32,000 nt of DNA from Vibrio cholerae ATCC 14035 (GTDB lineage Bacteria > Pseudomonadota > Gammaproteobacteria > Enterobacterales > Vibrionaceae), in contig NZ_JHXR01000011.1 of the NCBI RefSeq assembly GCF_000621645.1, positions 60,001 through 92,000 on the forward strand. Reading direction: 5' to 3'. Within the stretch, counting starts at the first letter, position 1. Each line of letters opens with the position of its first letter. Below the pieces are notes generated by a model. The model searched no databases, had not been told where the DNA came from, and saw only the letters and a list, made by a program, of their open reading frames with translations. Position numbers and translations under genes: made by a program. Positions 8,957 to 18,429 of the stretch are shown in pieces.

Positions 8957-8988
8957 CAAGGCGGCCTAAGTGCTGCCTTGTGGTTTTG
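8957..8988 (+). terminator. Rho-independent terminator of cpxP
   Basis: Stem CAAGGCGG (8957-8964) / CTGCCTTG (8973-8980) including one G-U pair, with an 8-nt loop and tail TGGTTTTGG. It ends about 60 nt after the cpxP stop. Confidence 0.6.
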
Positions 8989-9129
8989 GATTTCTCGGTT
9001 ATCTCCTCCTTCTTCCGCTTGAAGCGGCGCAGTGTTGACTGGGCTCGTTCCACCTGACACCTGCAACGCTCACTCGTTTGGGTATATACTCGGTCTTCTG
9101 TCTGACAACCCAAGAAAAAGGGAAGCGTG

Positions 9130-10035
9130 ATGAAAAAAGAATACGCTCGTTTGGTCACCATGGCCGCTTGGACCGCGACGGCGGTAGCCTCGCTGCTCTT
9201 GGTGGTCAAGGTTGCAGCGTGGTGGGTAACGGGGTCAGTGAGCTTACTGGCGTCTTTAATCGACTCAGTACTCGATATCGCCGCCTCTGTGGTTAACCTT
9301 ATCGTATTACGTTTTGCACTACAGCCCGCTGACCATGAACATGCGTTTGGGCATGGTAAAGCAGAATCGCTCGCGGCACTGGCACAAGCCATGTTTATTT
9401 CGGGCTCCGCGTGCTTTTTGATCCTCAACGGTGTCGACCGCTTCTTCCGACCCCATGAATTGAATGCTCCTGAATTAGGCATCTATGTCAGCGCCATCGC
9501 CATATTGGTGACTTTTGGCTTAGTACTGTTTCAGCGCTATGTGGTCAGAAAAACCGGCAGCCAAGCGATTGCCGCAGACTCGCTCCATTATCAATCCGAT
9601 CTGCTGATGAACGCGGCCATCATGGTTGCGCTGGGATTAAGTTGGTGGGGATTGGGTCAAGCGGATGCCATTTTTGCGATCGGTATCGGTCTCTATATCT
9701 TATTCAGCGCCTTTAAAATGGTGCATGATGCGGTGCAGACGCTGCTTGACCGTAAATTACCCGATGAAGAGTTGGAACAAATTCATGCGATCTGCCTCAG
9801 TGTGGCTGGCGTGATTGGTATGCATCAACTGCGTACGCGTATGTCCGGCCCGGTGCGCTTCATTCAGCTCCATTTGGAATTAGATGACAACATTTCGTTG
9901 CTCGAAGCACATCAGATCTCGGATCGGGTGGAGGATAAATTGCGTGAACATTTTGTGGGGGCTGATGTTTTGATCCACCAAGACCCGCATTCCGTGGTGC
10001 TTGAGGCCGAGCAGCAACAAAAATCGCTCCAGTGA
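9130..10035 (+). CDS. fieF: Cation diffusion facilitator (Fe/Zn efflux) FieF/YiiP
   Basis: The track ORF starts at GTG 9127. I prefer ATG 9130 because MKKEYARLV... aligns residue-for-residue with recalled E. coli FieF (MNQSYGRLV...). The conserved block [23 protein letters not shown] is present, and the cpxP-fieF-pfkA order matches E. coli. Confidence 0.93.
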   Translation: MKKEYARLVTMAAWTATAVASLLLVVKVAAWWVTGSVSLLASLIDSVLDIAASVVNLIVLRFALQPADHEHAFGHGKAESLAALAQAMFISGSACFLILNGVDRFFRPHELNAPELGIYVSAIAILVTFGLVLFQRYVVRKTGSQAIAADSLHYQSDLLMNAAIMVALGLSWWGLGQADAIFAIGIGLYILFSAFKMVHDAVQTLLDRKLPDEELEQIHAICLSVAGVIGMHQLRTRMSGPVRFIQLHLELDDNISLLEAHQISDRVEDKLREHFVGADVLIHQDPHSVVLEAEQQQKSLQ

Positions 10036-10297
10036 GGCGACAAAAGGCGTCAGTTTGACTATCTTTTCCCCAAGTTAACAAAAAAACGCCAACCCTGACA
10101 TGAATCAACACAGGGTGAGCACAAAACTGTAATACTCTTACATAAGTAGAAAACTTACAGAATTTAGTGCAAATAACAGTAGTATTCCTAATCGGGAAAG
10201 GTAACATTACGCACAGTTTTTGAATTTTTCTGTCTGGTTCCTTACAAGCCAGACGGCGTAGAAATTGATATTCGATTCGCAAAGTTCGAGGGTGAGC

Positions 10298-11260
10298 ATG
10301 ATTAAAAAAATCGGTGTTTTGACGAGTGGTGGCGATGCCCCAGGTATGAATGCAGCTATTCGCGGCGTGGTGCGTACAGCACTTGGCGCAGGTTTAGAAG
10401 TGTTTGGTATTTACGACGGCTACCAAGGTCTGTACGAAGATCGTATTAAGCAGCTAGACCGTTCAAGCGTGTCTGACGTGATCAACCGTGGCGGTACTTT
10501 TTTAGGCTCTGCACGCTTCCCACAATTTCGTGAAGTTGAAGTGCGCGAAAAAGCGATTGAAAACCTGAAAAAGCACGGCATTGAAGCGCTGGTTGTGATT
10601 GGTGGTGACGGCTCTTACATGGGCGCCAAAAAACTGACCGAAATGGGTTTCCCTTGTATCGGTCTGCCAGGCACGATTGATAACGATATCGCGGGCACCG
10701 ACTACACCATCGGTTATTTGACTGCCCTGAACACCGTTATTGAAGCGATTGACCGTCTGCGCGATACCTCTTCTTCACACCAACGTATCTCTATCGTAGA
10801 AATCATGGGTCGTCACTGTGGTGACTTGACGCTGACCTCTGCGATTGCGGGTGGCTGTGAATACATCATCACACCGGAAACGGGTCTGAATATGGAGCAG
10901 CTGATTTCCAATATCAAAGATGGTATTGCGAAAGGCAAAAAGCACGCGATCATTGCGCTGACTGAGCTGATGATGGATGCCAACAAACTGGCCAAAGAGA
11001 TTGAATCGGCGACAGGCCGTGAAACTCGCGCAACTGTATTAGGCCATATTCAACGTGGTGGTAAACCTACCGCATTTGACCGTGTACTGGCATCGCGCAT
11101 GGGTAACTACGCGGTGCATCTATTGATGGAAGGTCACGGTGGTCGTTGTGTGGGTATCCAGAAAGAGCAACTGGTTCACCACGACATCATTGATGCGATT
11201 GAAAACATGAAGCGTCCTGTACGCACTGACCTGTACAAAGTCGCTGAAGAGCTGTTCTAA
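10298..11260 (+). CDS. pfkA: ATP-dependent 6-phosphofructokinase
   Basis: ORF trimmed to the ATG at 10298 ([23 protein letters not shown]...), preceded by GAGGGTGAGC. The product is 320 aa, as in E. coli PfkA, with the motifs GGDGS and PGTIDND. Confidence 0.97.
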   Translation: MIKKIGVLTSGGDAPGMNAAIRGVVRTALGAGLEVFGIYDGYQGLYEDRIKQLDRSSVSDVINRGGTFLGSARFPQFREVEVREKAIENLKKHGIEALVVIGGDGSYMGAKKLTEMGFPCIGLPGTIDNDIAGTDYTIGYLTALNTVIEAIDRLRDTSSSHQRISIVEIMGRHCGDLTLTSAIAGGCEYIITPETGLNMEQLISNIKDGIAKGKKHAIIALTELMMDANKLAKEIESATGRETRATVLGHIQRGGKPTAFDRVLASRMGNYAVHLLMEGHGGRCVGIQKEQLVHHDIIDAIENMKRPVRTDLYKVAEELF

Positions 11261-11284
11261 GTTCGCAGCACTTTGTATTCAGAG

Positions 11285-11314
11285 ACAAAAAGACCGCCAA
11301 GGCGGTCTTTTTTA
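11285..11314. terminator. Bidirectional Rho-independent terminator shared by pfkA and glpX
   Basis: Stem AGACCGC (11291-11297) / GCGGTCT (11302-11308) with loop CAAG. It is flanked by an A-run (11286-11290) and a T-run (11308-11313). The two genes are convergent and only 76 nt apart. Confidence 0.8.
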
Positions 11315-11336
11315 TACGGGTTTGTTTATATGCGGA

Positions 11337-12344
11337 TTAGAGAATGATGTCGCGCACTTGTTGGTCTTTACGCTCCAGATAGTGAATTGAGCGAATACGA
11401 CGAATGGTGCGACAGCGGCCACGGATCAGCAGTGTTTCTGTTGTTGCGATATTGCCTTTGCGACTGATGCCATCAAGCAAATCACCTTTGGTGATGCCGG
11501 TGGCCGCGAAAATCACGTTATCGCTGCGTGCCATGTCTTCCATTTTCAGCACTTTACCGGCTTCTACGCCCATTTGTTGACAGCGTTCGAGCTCTTTTGC
11601 CCCCCAAATGCGATTATCTTCGCTATCGCCTTTGACTTGATGACGCGGCAGTAAACGGCCTTGCATGTCGCCATCCAGCGCGCGGATCACCGCCGCAGAG
11701 ACTACGCCTTCTGGTGCCCCACCAATGCAGTACATCATGTCCACTTCACTATCGGGCATACAGGTCAGAATCGATGCGGCGACATCGCCATCCGGCACTG
11801 CAAAAACGCGTACGCCTATCTGTTGCATTTGCGCAATCACTTGGTCGTGGCGCGGTTTGGCAAGCGTGATCACCACCAAATCGGTTAAGGGTTTGCCGAG
11901 TGCTTTTGCGACATGGTTTAGGTTATCTTTGAGCGGCAAATTGAGGTCGATGCAGCCTTTTGCACCGGGGCCAACCACCAACTTTTCCATGTACATATCG
12001 GGCGCTTTCAGGAAACTGCCTTTTTCACCGGCTGCAAGCACGGCTAAGGCATTGGATTGTCCCATGGCGGTCATGCGAGTACCTTCGATAGGGTCGACCG
12101 CAATATCAACCGCATCGCCCCCCAGACCGACTTGCTCGCCAATGTACAGCATAGGCGCTTCATCAATTTCGCCTTCACCAATCACAATTTCACCGCTGAT
12201 CTCCGTTTGGTTGAGCAGGATGCGCATCACTTCTACCGCAGCACCATCGGCGGCATTTTTATCGCCACGTCCTAACCATTTATAGCCTGCGAGTGCGGCA
12301 CCTTCGGTGACGCGGGAAAAAGCCATTGCTAAATCGCGTTTCAT
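11337..12344 (-). CDS. glpX: Class II fructose-1,6-bisphosphatase GlpX
   Basis: ORF trimmed to the ATG at 12344 (MKRDLAMAFSRVTEGAALAGYKWLGRGDKNAADGAAV...), with GGAG upstream. The product is 335 aa, close to the ~336 aa of E. coli GlpX, and family similarity runs the whole length. Confidence 0.95.
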   Translation of the reverse strand: MKRDLAMAFSRVTEGAALAGYKWLGRGDKNAADGAAVEVMRILLNQTEISGEIVIGEGEIDEAPMLYIGEQVGLGGDAVDIAVDPIEGTRMTAMGQSNALAVLAAGEKGSFLKAPDMYMEKLVVGPGAKGCIDLNLPLKDNLNHVAKALGKPLTDLVVITLAKPRHDQVIAQMQQIGVRVFAVPDGDVAASILTCMPDSEVDMMYCIGGAPEGVVSAAVIRALDGDMQGRLLPRHQVKGDSEDNRIWGAKELERCQQMGVEAGKVLKMEDMARSDNVIFAATGITKGDLLDGISRKGNIATTETLLIRGRCRTIRRIRSIHYLERKDQQVRDIIL

Positions 12345-12664
12345 GTTTGCTTTGCTCCAAACCCAAGAGAGAAATTTTGCGCGGCATTCTACCACACTCC
12401 CAAGTAAACGTTTGCCTTTTGCGGCGATTCGCCTTTGCCTTTGATCAAAAACGCGCAAGATAAGTCGAGGTTTGCTCGAAAATGCCAGCTCGGATCGGGC
12501 TTAGCGGCTCGTTAAGTTAAGCTTGGGTCAAATTGCGCGGTTTTTTTAACCGAATAGCGAAAAAGATCGAACTTAGGGCGTGTTTCTGTGCACAGGGCTG
12601 AGTAGAATGAACTCAATCAGTGAAGTCCACTTCACCTCAACCGAATCAACAAGGGTAAAACGTC

Positions 12665-12907
12665 ATGTCTTTTGAAGTATTAGAAAAACTGGAAGCGAAA
12701 ATTCAAACTGCAGTCGACACCATTGCACTGCTGCAAATGGAAGTTGAAGAGCTCAAAGAAGAAAAGCAACAGCTGCAAAATGAAGCGCAAGAGCTGCGTG
12801 AAGCGCGTGAAGCACTTGAGCAACGTGCACAGCAAGTTCAGCAAGAGCATGCGGCATGGCAAGAGCGCATTCGTAGCCTGCTGGGCAAAATGGAAGACGT
12901 GGAATAA
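12665..12907 (+). CDS. zapB: Cell-division coiled-coil protein ZapB
   Basis: 80 aa, entirely coiled-coil. [33 protein letters not shown]... parallels the recalled E. coli ZapB, and the gene is adjacent to glpX as in the E. coli glp-zapB neighbourhood. Confidence 0.9.
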   Translation: MSFEVLEKLEAKIQTAVDTIALLQMEVEELKEEKQQLQNEAQELREAREALEQRAQQVQQEHAAWQERIRSLLGKMEDVE

Positions 12908-12918
12908 TTTTCCTTATG

Positions 12919-12947
12919 AAAACGCCGACAGTGATGTCGGCGTTTTT
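12919..12947. terminator. Bidirectional Rho-independent terminator shared by zapB and metF
   Basis: Perfect 10-bp stem AACGCCGACA (12921-12930) / TGTCGGCGTT (12935-12944) with loop GTGA, followed by a T-run and preceded by an A-run. It sits between the two convergent stops. Confidence 0.8.
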
Positions 12948-12969
12948 GATCGAGGCTCGGAGTTTTCAC

Positions 12970-13923
<954 letters not shown>

Positions 13924-14143
13924 GTAGAATGTCGTGAATGCGCTTTGATGTCAACCTCGCCATTATGAAGATTACTCATGTTGATCGTGAAGTCGATTCA
14001 CGCTCGAAAATGTCATTCAGCGCTATGTATGGCTCTTGGTGAGAGAGATAGAACATGATGCTTTCTATACCCAAAAGTATAGAGGATGGGAGGGAAAGCT
14101 CGCCATTTCGACGAGCTTTGTTTTAAGGGGCAGAACGAGAGAT

Positions 14144-16555
14144 TTAGAGTAGGCTCGCGAGCAGATTCAAATCCGACTGAATCGCGCCAGCGGTGACTTC
14201 ACGTCCAGCGCCGGGACCTCGGATCACCAATGGATTATCGCGATACCATTTGCTCTCGATGGCAAAGATGTTGTCACACGGCAGTAAGTTAGCCAGTGGA
14301 TGATCTTGCTCAAGCGCTTCTACACCCACGCTGGCTTTGCCATTTTTCTCTAGCCTTGCGACGTAGCGCAGCACCTTGCCTTGCTTCTGCGCACGGGCGA
14401 GGCGTTCGGCGAGCTGCTCGTTGAGCAGTTTGCTGTTATCGAGAAAATCATCCAGTGATACAGAGCGCAGCTCGGCAGGTACCAATGATTCCACTTTGAC
14501 ATTCTGCGGCTCAATCTCAAGGCCAGATTCACGCGCCAAGATCACCAATTTACGCATGACATCAGAACCGTCGAGATCGCAGCGCGGATCGGGCTCTGTT
14601 AAGCCTTGTTGCCATGCTAAATCCACCAGTTCACTGAATGGCAAGCTGCCGTCGTATTGCTGGAACAGCCATGAGAGTGTGCCGGAGAAAATCCCGGATA
14701 ACGCCATGATGTCATCGCCGCTTTCACGTAGGTCACGCACCGTGTGGTTAATTGGTAAGCCCGCGCCTACCGTGGCGTTATACAGCCAGTGGCGGCCAAT
14801 TTTGTGAAAGGCATCTTTAACTTGATAGTAATAATTCCCCGCAGCAGAGCCTGCCACTTTGTTGGCGGAAATCAGGTGCAAACCGTGTTCGGCAATATCG
14901 AGATACTGCTCAGCTAACTCTTCGCTGGCGGTGACATCAATCACGACGGCTTCATCGTACCCTTCTAATGCGCCGAGTTTTTTCAGCCAGCTTTGCTCTT
15001 GGTTGGGCAGTGCTTCATCTTGGAAATGCGTGGCCACTTGGTTTGGATTAATGCCTTGCTCATTAAACCAGTAGGTTTGGCTATCGACTACCGCAACCAA
15101 CTCAAAATTCATGCCGTGGCGTTGTTCCAATTTCTCTTTTTGTTCGGCAAACAACTTGAGCCAGCTGGAGCCAATATTGCCTTTGCCACACAGCGCAATC
15201 GCGACGTGTTTTTGAGCTTGGAAGAGCTGTTTGTGAATGGCGTTAACCAATGAATGAATCGGCGTTTGACGCAGTACGGCAACCAAACTGAGGCTTGATT
15301 CTGACGCGCTGATAAACTCGACCGGTAAGGCATTCAGCTGTTGGTAGAAGCCATAACAGTGGTTCGGGTTTTTAGTGACGCCCGCACCGACCGCAGCAAT
15401 CAGGTCATAGCCTTCTTTGAGTTTGATTTCCGCCTCGAACGCGGCATCTTGCAGCGCCGCAAACGCGCCAGGCGCAATTTCTGCTGTGTAGGCTAAACGC
15501 AAACGGTATTGGTCAGGTTGTGCTTCGTAAGTCAGCGGTTGCAGTTGCACGCGCTGCAAGTGCTGTAACACATCTTCTTGCACACGTTGGAAATCATGGT
15601 GATGAGCAAAGCTCAGCTCAATCAGCAGCACATCATCGAGCGAAGTAATGATTTTCGCGCCGCGACCAGAAGCCAGTACCCGTTCAATACGGGTAGAGCC
15701 CGATTCCGGTTGGTGGCTGCAACGTAAGTGAAGCTCCATGGTGCTCTGCGCGACAGGTTGGAGTGTACGGCTGTGCAGAACTGGCGCAGCTAAGCGTGCC
15801 AGCTCATTGGCTTCATCGAGTCTTAGCAGTGGCAGCAAACAGGCATCGCTGACAATGCGTGGATCGGCACTGTACACGCCAGCCACATCACTCCAAATGG
15901 TCACGCGTGAGACTTCAGCCAGTGCGCCAATCACGGTCGCAGAATAATCGGAACCGTTACGACCGAGCAGGACAGTATCGCCCTGTTCGTTTTGCGCCAT
16001 AAAACCGGTGATCACCACGCGGCGCTGGGTATGTTGTGCCAACACGGCTTTCAGTAGTGGGTAAGAGCGCGCGCGATCGACTTCCGGCTGTGTGCCTGCT
16101 TCGGCACGTAAAAATGTTCGCGCATCTTGTGCGACCGCTGGTAAATCTTGCTGGTTCAGTAACGCGGCGAGCAGGCGTGCCGACCAGAGCTCACCATGTC
16201 CTAAAACCCAAGCGTATTGTGCGTTACTAAGAGGAGCTGTGAGCTCGCCTAACACGCTGATCTCTTGTTGCAGTTGGCTAAGTAGTGGTTCGGCTGCTTC
16301 GTTGCTGAGTAGCTTAGTAATCAATTCAGACTGATATTGGCGCAGCGCATGTAAGGTTTCATGGGCAACGCGACCATCTTTACTGAGTGCTTCGACAAAA
16401 CTGATCAAACGGTTAGTGGTTTTGCCAGCCGCAGAAACCACCACCAGATCATCACTTTTGGAATAACTTTTAAGAATTTTCGCGACACGTTGATAACACT
16501 CAGGGTCGGCAAGGCTACTACCACCAAATTTATGCAATTGACGGGGATGGGTCAT
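14144..16555 (-). CDS. metL: Bifunctional aspartokinase II / homoserine dehydrogenase II
   Basis: 803 aa. The N-terminus RQLHKFGGSSLADPECYQRV resembles E. coli MetL, and the C-terminal half is a homoserine dehydrogenase domain. The gene starts 12 nt after the metB stop, with GGAG in the gap. Confidence 0.96.
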   Translation of the reverse strand: MTHPRQLHKFGGSSLADPECYQRVAKILKSYSKSDDLVVVSAAGKTTNRLISFVEALSKDGRVAHETLHALRQYQSELITKLLSNEAAEPLLSQLQQEISVLGELTAPLSNAQYAWVLGHGELWSARLLAALLNQQDLPAVAQDARTFLRAEAGTQPEVDRARSYPLLKAVLAQHTQRRVVITGFMAQNEQGDTVLLGRNGSDYSATVIGALAEVSRVTIWSDVAGVYSADPRIVSDACLLPLLRLDEANELARLAAPVLHSRTLQPVAQSTMELHLRCSHQPESGSTRIERVLASGRGAKIITSLDDVLLIELSFAHHHDFQRVQEDVLQHLQRVQLQPLTYEAQPDQYRLRLAYTAEIAPGAFAALQDAAFEAEIKLKEGYDLIAAVGAGVTKNPNHCYGFYQQLNALPVEFISASESSLSLVAVLRQTPIHSLVNAIHKQLFQAQKHVAIALCGKGNIGSSWLKLFAEQKEKLEQRHGMNFELVAVVDSQTYWFNEQGINPNQVATHFQDEALPNQEQSWLKKLGALEGYDEAVVIDVTASEELAEQYLDIAEHGLHLISANKVAGSAAGNYYYQVKDAFHKIGRHWLYNATVGAGLPINHTVRDLRESGDDIMALSGIFSGTLSWLFQQYDGSLPFSELVDLAWQQGLTEPDPRCDLDGSDVMRKLVILARESGLEIEPQNVKVESLVPAELRSVSLDDFLDNSKLLNEQLAERLARAQKQGKVLRYVARLEKNGKASVGVEALEQDHPLANLLPCDNIFAIESKWYRDNPLVIRGPGAGREVTAGAIQSDLNLLASLL

Positions 16556-16567
16556 TTACAGATCTCC

Positions 16568-17734
16568 TTAATTCGCGGCAAGAGTGTGCAAAAAGGCTTG
16601 GTCAAGATCGGCAATCAGATCAGAGGCATCTTCAAGACCGACGGAAAGACGCAGCAACTGCTGGGAAATTCCCGCTTCAGCTAAGGCTTCTTCGCCCATT
16701 GCACGATGAGTCATAGACGCAGGATGGCAAATAAGACTTTCTACCCCGCCAAGTGACTCCGCCAGTGAAAACAGCGCCAACTTACCCACAAAGAATTTCA
16801 GCTGCTCAAAACTGCCGGCAAACTCGAAACTGAGCATAGCGCCAAAGCCAGATTGCTGTTTTTTGGCAATCTCATGCCCCGGATGGTCGGGCAGACTTGG
16901 ATGATAAATTTTGCTAACCAAAGATTGAGTCTGCAGATAAGCCAAAATCTGTTGCGCACTCTCTTCATGCACGCGCATCCGCGCGCCCAGCGTGCGAATG
17001 CCACGCAAGGTCATGTAGCTATCAAATGGAGTGCCGGTTGACCCTAAACAGTTGCCCCACCAAGCCAACTCTTCGGCATGTTGCTTGTGTTTACAGATCA
17101 ACACGCCGCCAATCACATCCGAGTGACCATTAATGTATTTGGTGGTGGAGTGCAGCACAAAATCCGCGCCTAAGGTGAGCGGTTTTTGGAATACCGGGGT
17201 TAAGAAGGTGTTATCGACTGCCACCAAAGTGCCTTGCGCTTTCGCTAACTGGCAAAGATGAGCAATATCCACCACACGCACTAAAGGGTTGGAGGGGGTT
17301 TCAATCAGCAACAGTTTGGGCTTGCGGGCTAAAGCTTGGGTGAGTGCGGCTGCGTTGGATTGATCCACAAACTGCACTTTGAAATCGCCTTTTTTAGCGC
17401 GAGTGTTGAGCAAGCGATAAGTGCCGCCATAGCAGTCATGCGGCGCGACAATCAGATCATCAGGGCCTAACAAGGCTGTGACCCATAAATTGATGGCAGA
17501 AGTGCCACAGTTGGTCACTACGGCACCTTCTCCACATTCAAGCTCATATAAGGTTTGTTCTAAAAGTCCTCGGTTTGGGTTGCCTGAACGGGTGTAATCG
17601 TATTTAGGTACTTCGCCAAACGCGGGAAAACCATAGTTGGTCGAAAGATAAATGGGGGGCACAACGGCATGGTATTGAGTGTCCGATTCAATACCGGTAC
17701 GAACCGCAATGGTGGCTGGCTTGCGTGTGGTCAT
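16568..17734 (-). CDS. metB: Cystathionine gamma-synthase
   Basis: 388 aa. MTTRKPATIAVRTGIESDTQYHAVVPPIYLSTNY parallels E. coli MetB, and the PLP-lysine region HSTTKYINGHSD is present. It forms a metBL operon divergent from metJ. Confidence 0.96.
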   Translation of the reverse strand: MTTRKPATIAVRTGIESDTQYHAVVPPIYLSTNYGFPAFGEVPKYDYTRSGNPNRGLLEQTLYELECGEGAVVTNCGTSAINLWVTALLGPDDLIVAPHDCYGGTYRLLNTRAKKGDFKVQFVDQSNAAALTQALARKPKLLLIETPSNPLVRVVDIAHLCQLAKAQGTLVAVDNTFLTPVFQKPLTLGADFVLHSTTKYINGHSDVIGGVLICKHKQHAEELAWWGNCLGSTGTPFDSYMTLRGIRTLGARMRVHEESAQQILAYLQTQSLVSKIYHPSLPDHPGHEIAKKQQSGFGAMLSFEFAGSFEQLKFFVGKLALFSLAESLGGVESLICHPASMTHRAMGEEALAEAGISQQLLRLSVGLEDASDLIADLDQAFLHTLAAN

Positions 17735-17894
17735 GGAGTTTCCTTGCTGGCTATTCTGTCCTAGAGGGCTTCATCATATACCTTTCCTGCTTTAAGCTGC
17801 AGTGTCGGTTGTCGTATCGCAACTTTCCCTAACTGGGGGATGAGGTTTATCCGTTGCCCATAAATTACTCGACACTTTACTGATGTTAAATAAA

Positions 17895-17926
17895 GACGTC
17901 AACACTTCTAGACGTCTACATGTCTT
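17895..17926. promoter_or_regulatory. MetJ operator: four tandem met boxes between metB and metJ
   Basis: AGACGTCA (7/8), ACACTTCT (6/8), AGACGTCT (8/8) and ACATGTCT (6/8) are exactly contiguous in the divergent metB/metJ control region. Confidence 0.85.
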
Positions 17927-18001
17927 TGCTTATGGCGGTAAATCCCGCTAAAATTAGGGCCTTTGAAATTTCGATTCGAACCACAATAACGAAGGTGCGC
18001 A

Positions 18002-18319
18002 ATGGCAGACTGGAATGGCGAATACATCAGCCCCTATGCAGAGCATGGGAAAAAGAGCGAGTTGGTAAAAAAAATCACGGTATCCATTCCGCTGAAAGTT
18101 CTCAAAGTGCTAACGGATGAGAGAACACGCCGTCAAGTCAATAACTTACGTCACGCAACCAACAGTGAATTGCTGTGCGAAGCCTTCTTGCATGCTTATA
18201 CTGGCCAGCCGCTGCCGACGGACGAAGACCTACGTAAAGATCGCCCTGATGATATTCCTGCCGAAGCCAAACGTTTGATGACCGAAATGGGGATTGAGTT
18301 CGAATCTTACGATGAGTAA
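18002..18319 (+). CDS. metJ: Methionine repressor MetJ
   Basis: 105 aa. [72 protein letters not shown] is near-identical in pattern to E. coli MetJ. Confidence 0.97.
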
Positions 18320-18365
18320 CGATTGGCGTGAGTGATACGGGGTCATTGAACAAATCCTTGCTTAT

Positions 18366-18399
18366 AAAAAAGCCCCTCATATAACTGAGGGGCTTTTTT
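18366..18399. terminator. Bidirectional Rho-independent terminator shared by metJ and the malic enzyme gene
   Basis: Stem AGCCCCTCA (18371-18379) / TGAGGGGCT (18386-18394) with a 6-nt loop, flanked by A6 upstream and T5-6 downstream. Confidence 0.85.
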
Positions 18400-18429
18400 A
18401 TCGACTTTTTATCCAAATAAACAAGCAGA

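Noticed and set aside
10268-10279. Possible Cra (FruR) operator ATATTCGATTCG just upstream of pfkA
   Set aside because: By hand it matches only about 8/12 positions of the TGAATC|GATTCA-type core, and the left half-site is poor. It is not distinguishable from background without a PWM scan.
9860-10282. 140-aa minus-strand ORF covering the fieF-pfkA intergenic region
   Set aside because: It has a TTG start, no SD, and overlaps the fieF 3' end in antisense. The sequence is Cys/Arg/Phe-rich and featureless. The AT-rich intergenic stretch simply happens to lack stops in this frame.
11665-12285. 206-aa + strand ORF antisense to glpX (similar cases: 8919..9482 antisense to fieF, 19055..19564 and 18625..19065 antisense to the malic enzyme, 14376..14807 antisense to metL, 1235..1588 antisense to dcuA)
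   Set aside because: These ORFs lie entirely within strongly supported genes on the other strand. Their composition is low-complexity and Ser/Ala/Arg/Pro-rich, as is typical of shadow frames. None has an SD or a recognisable motif.
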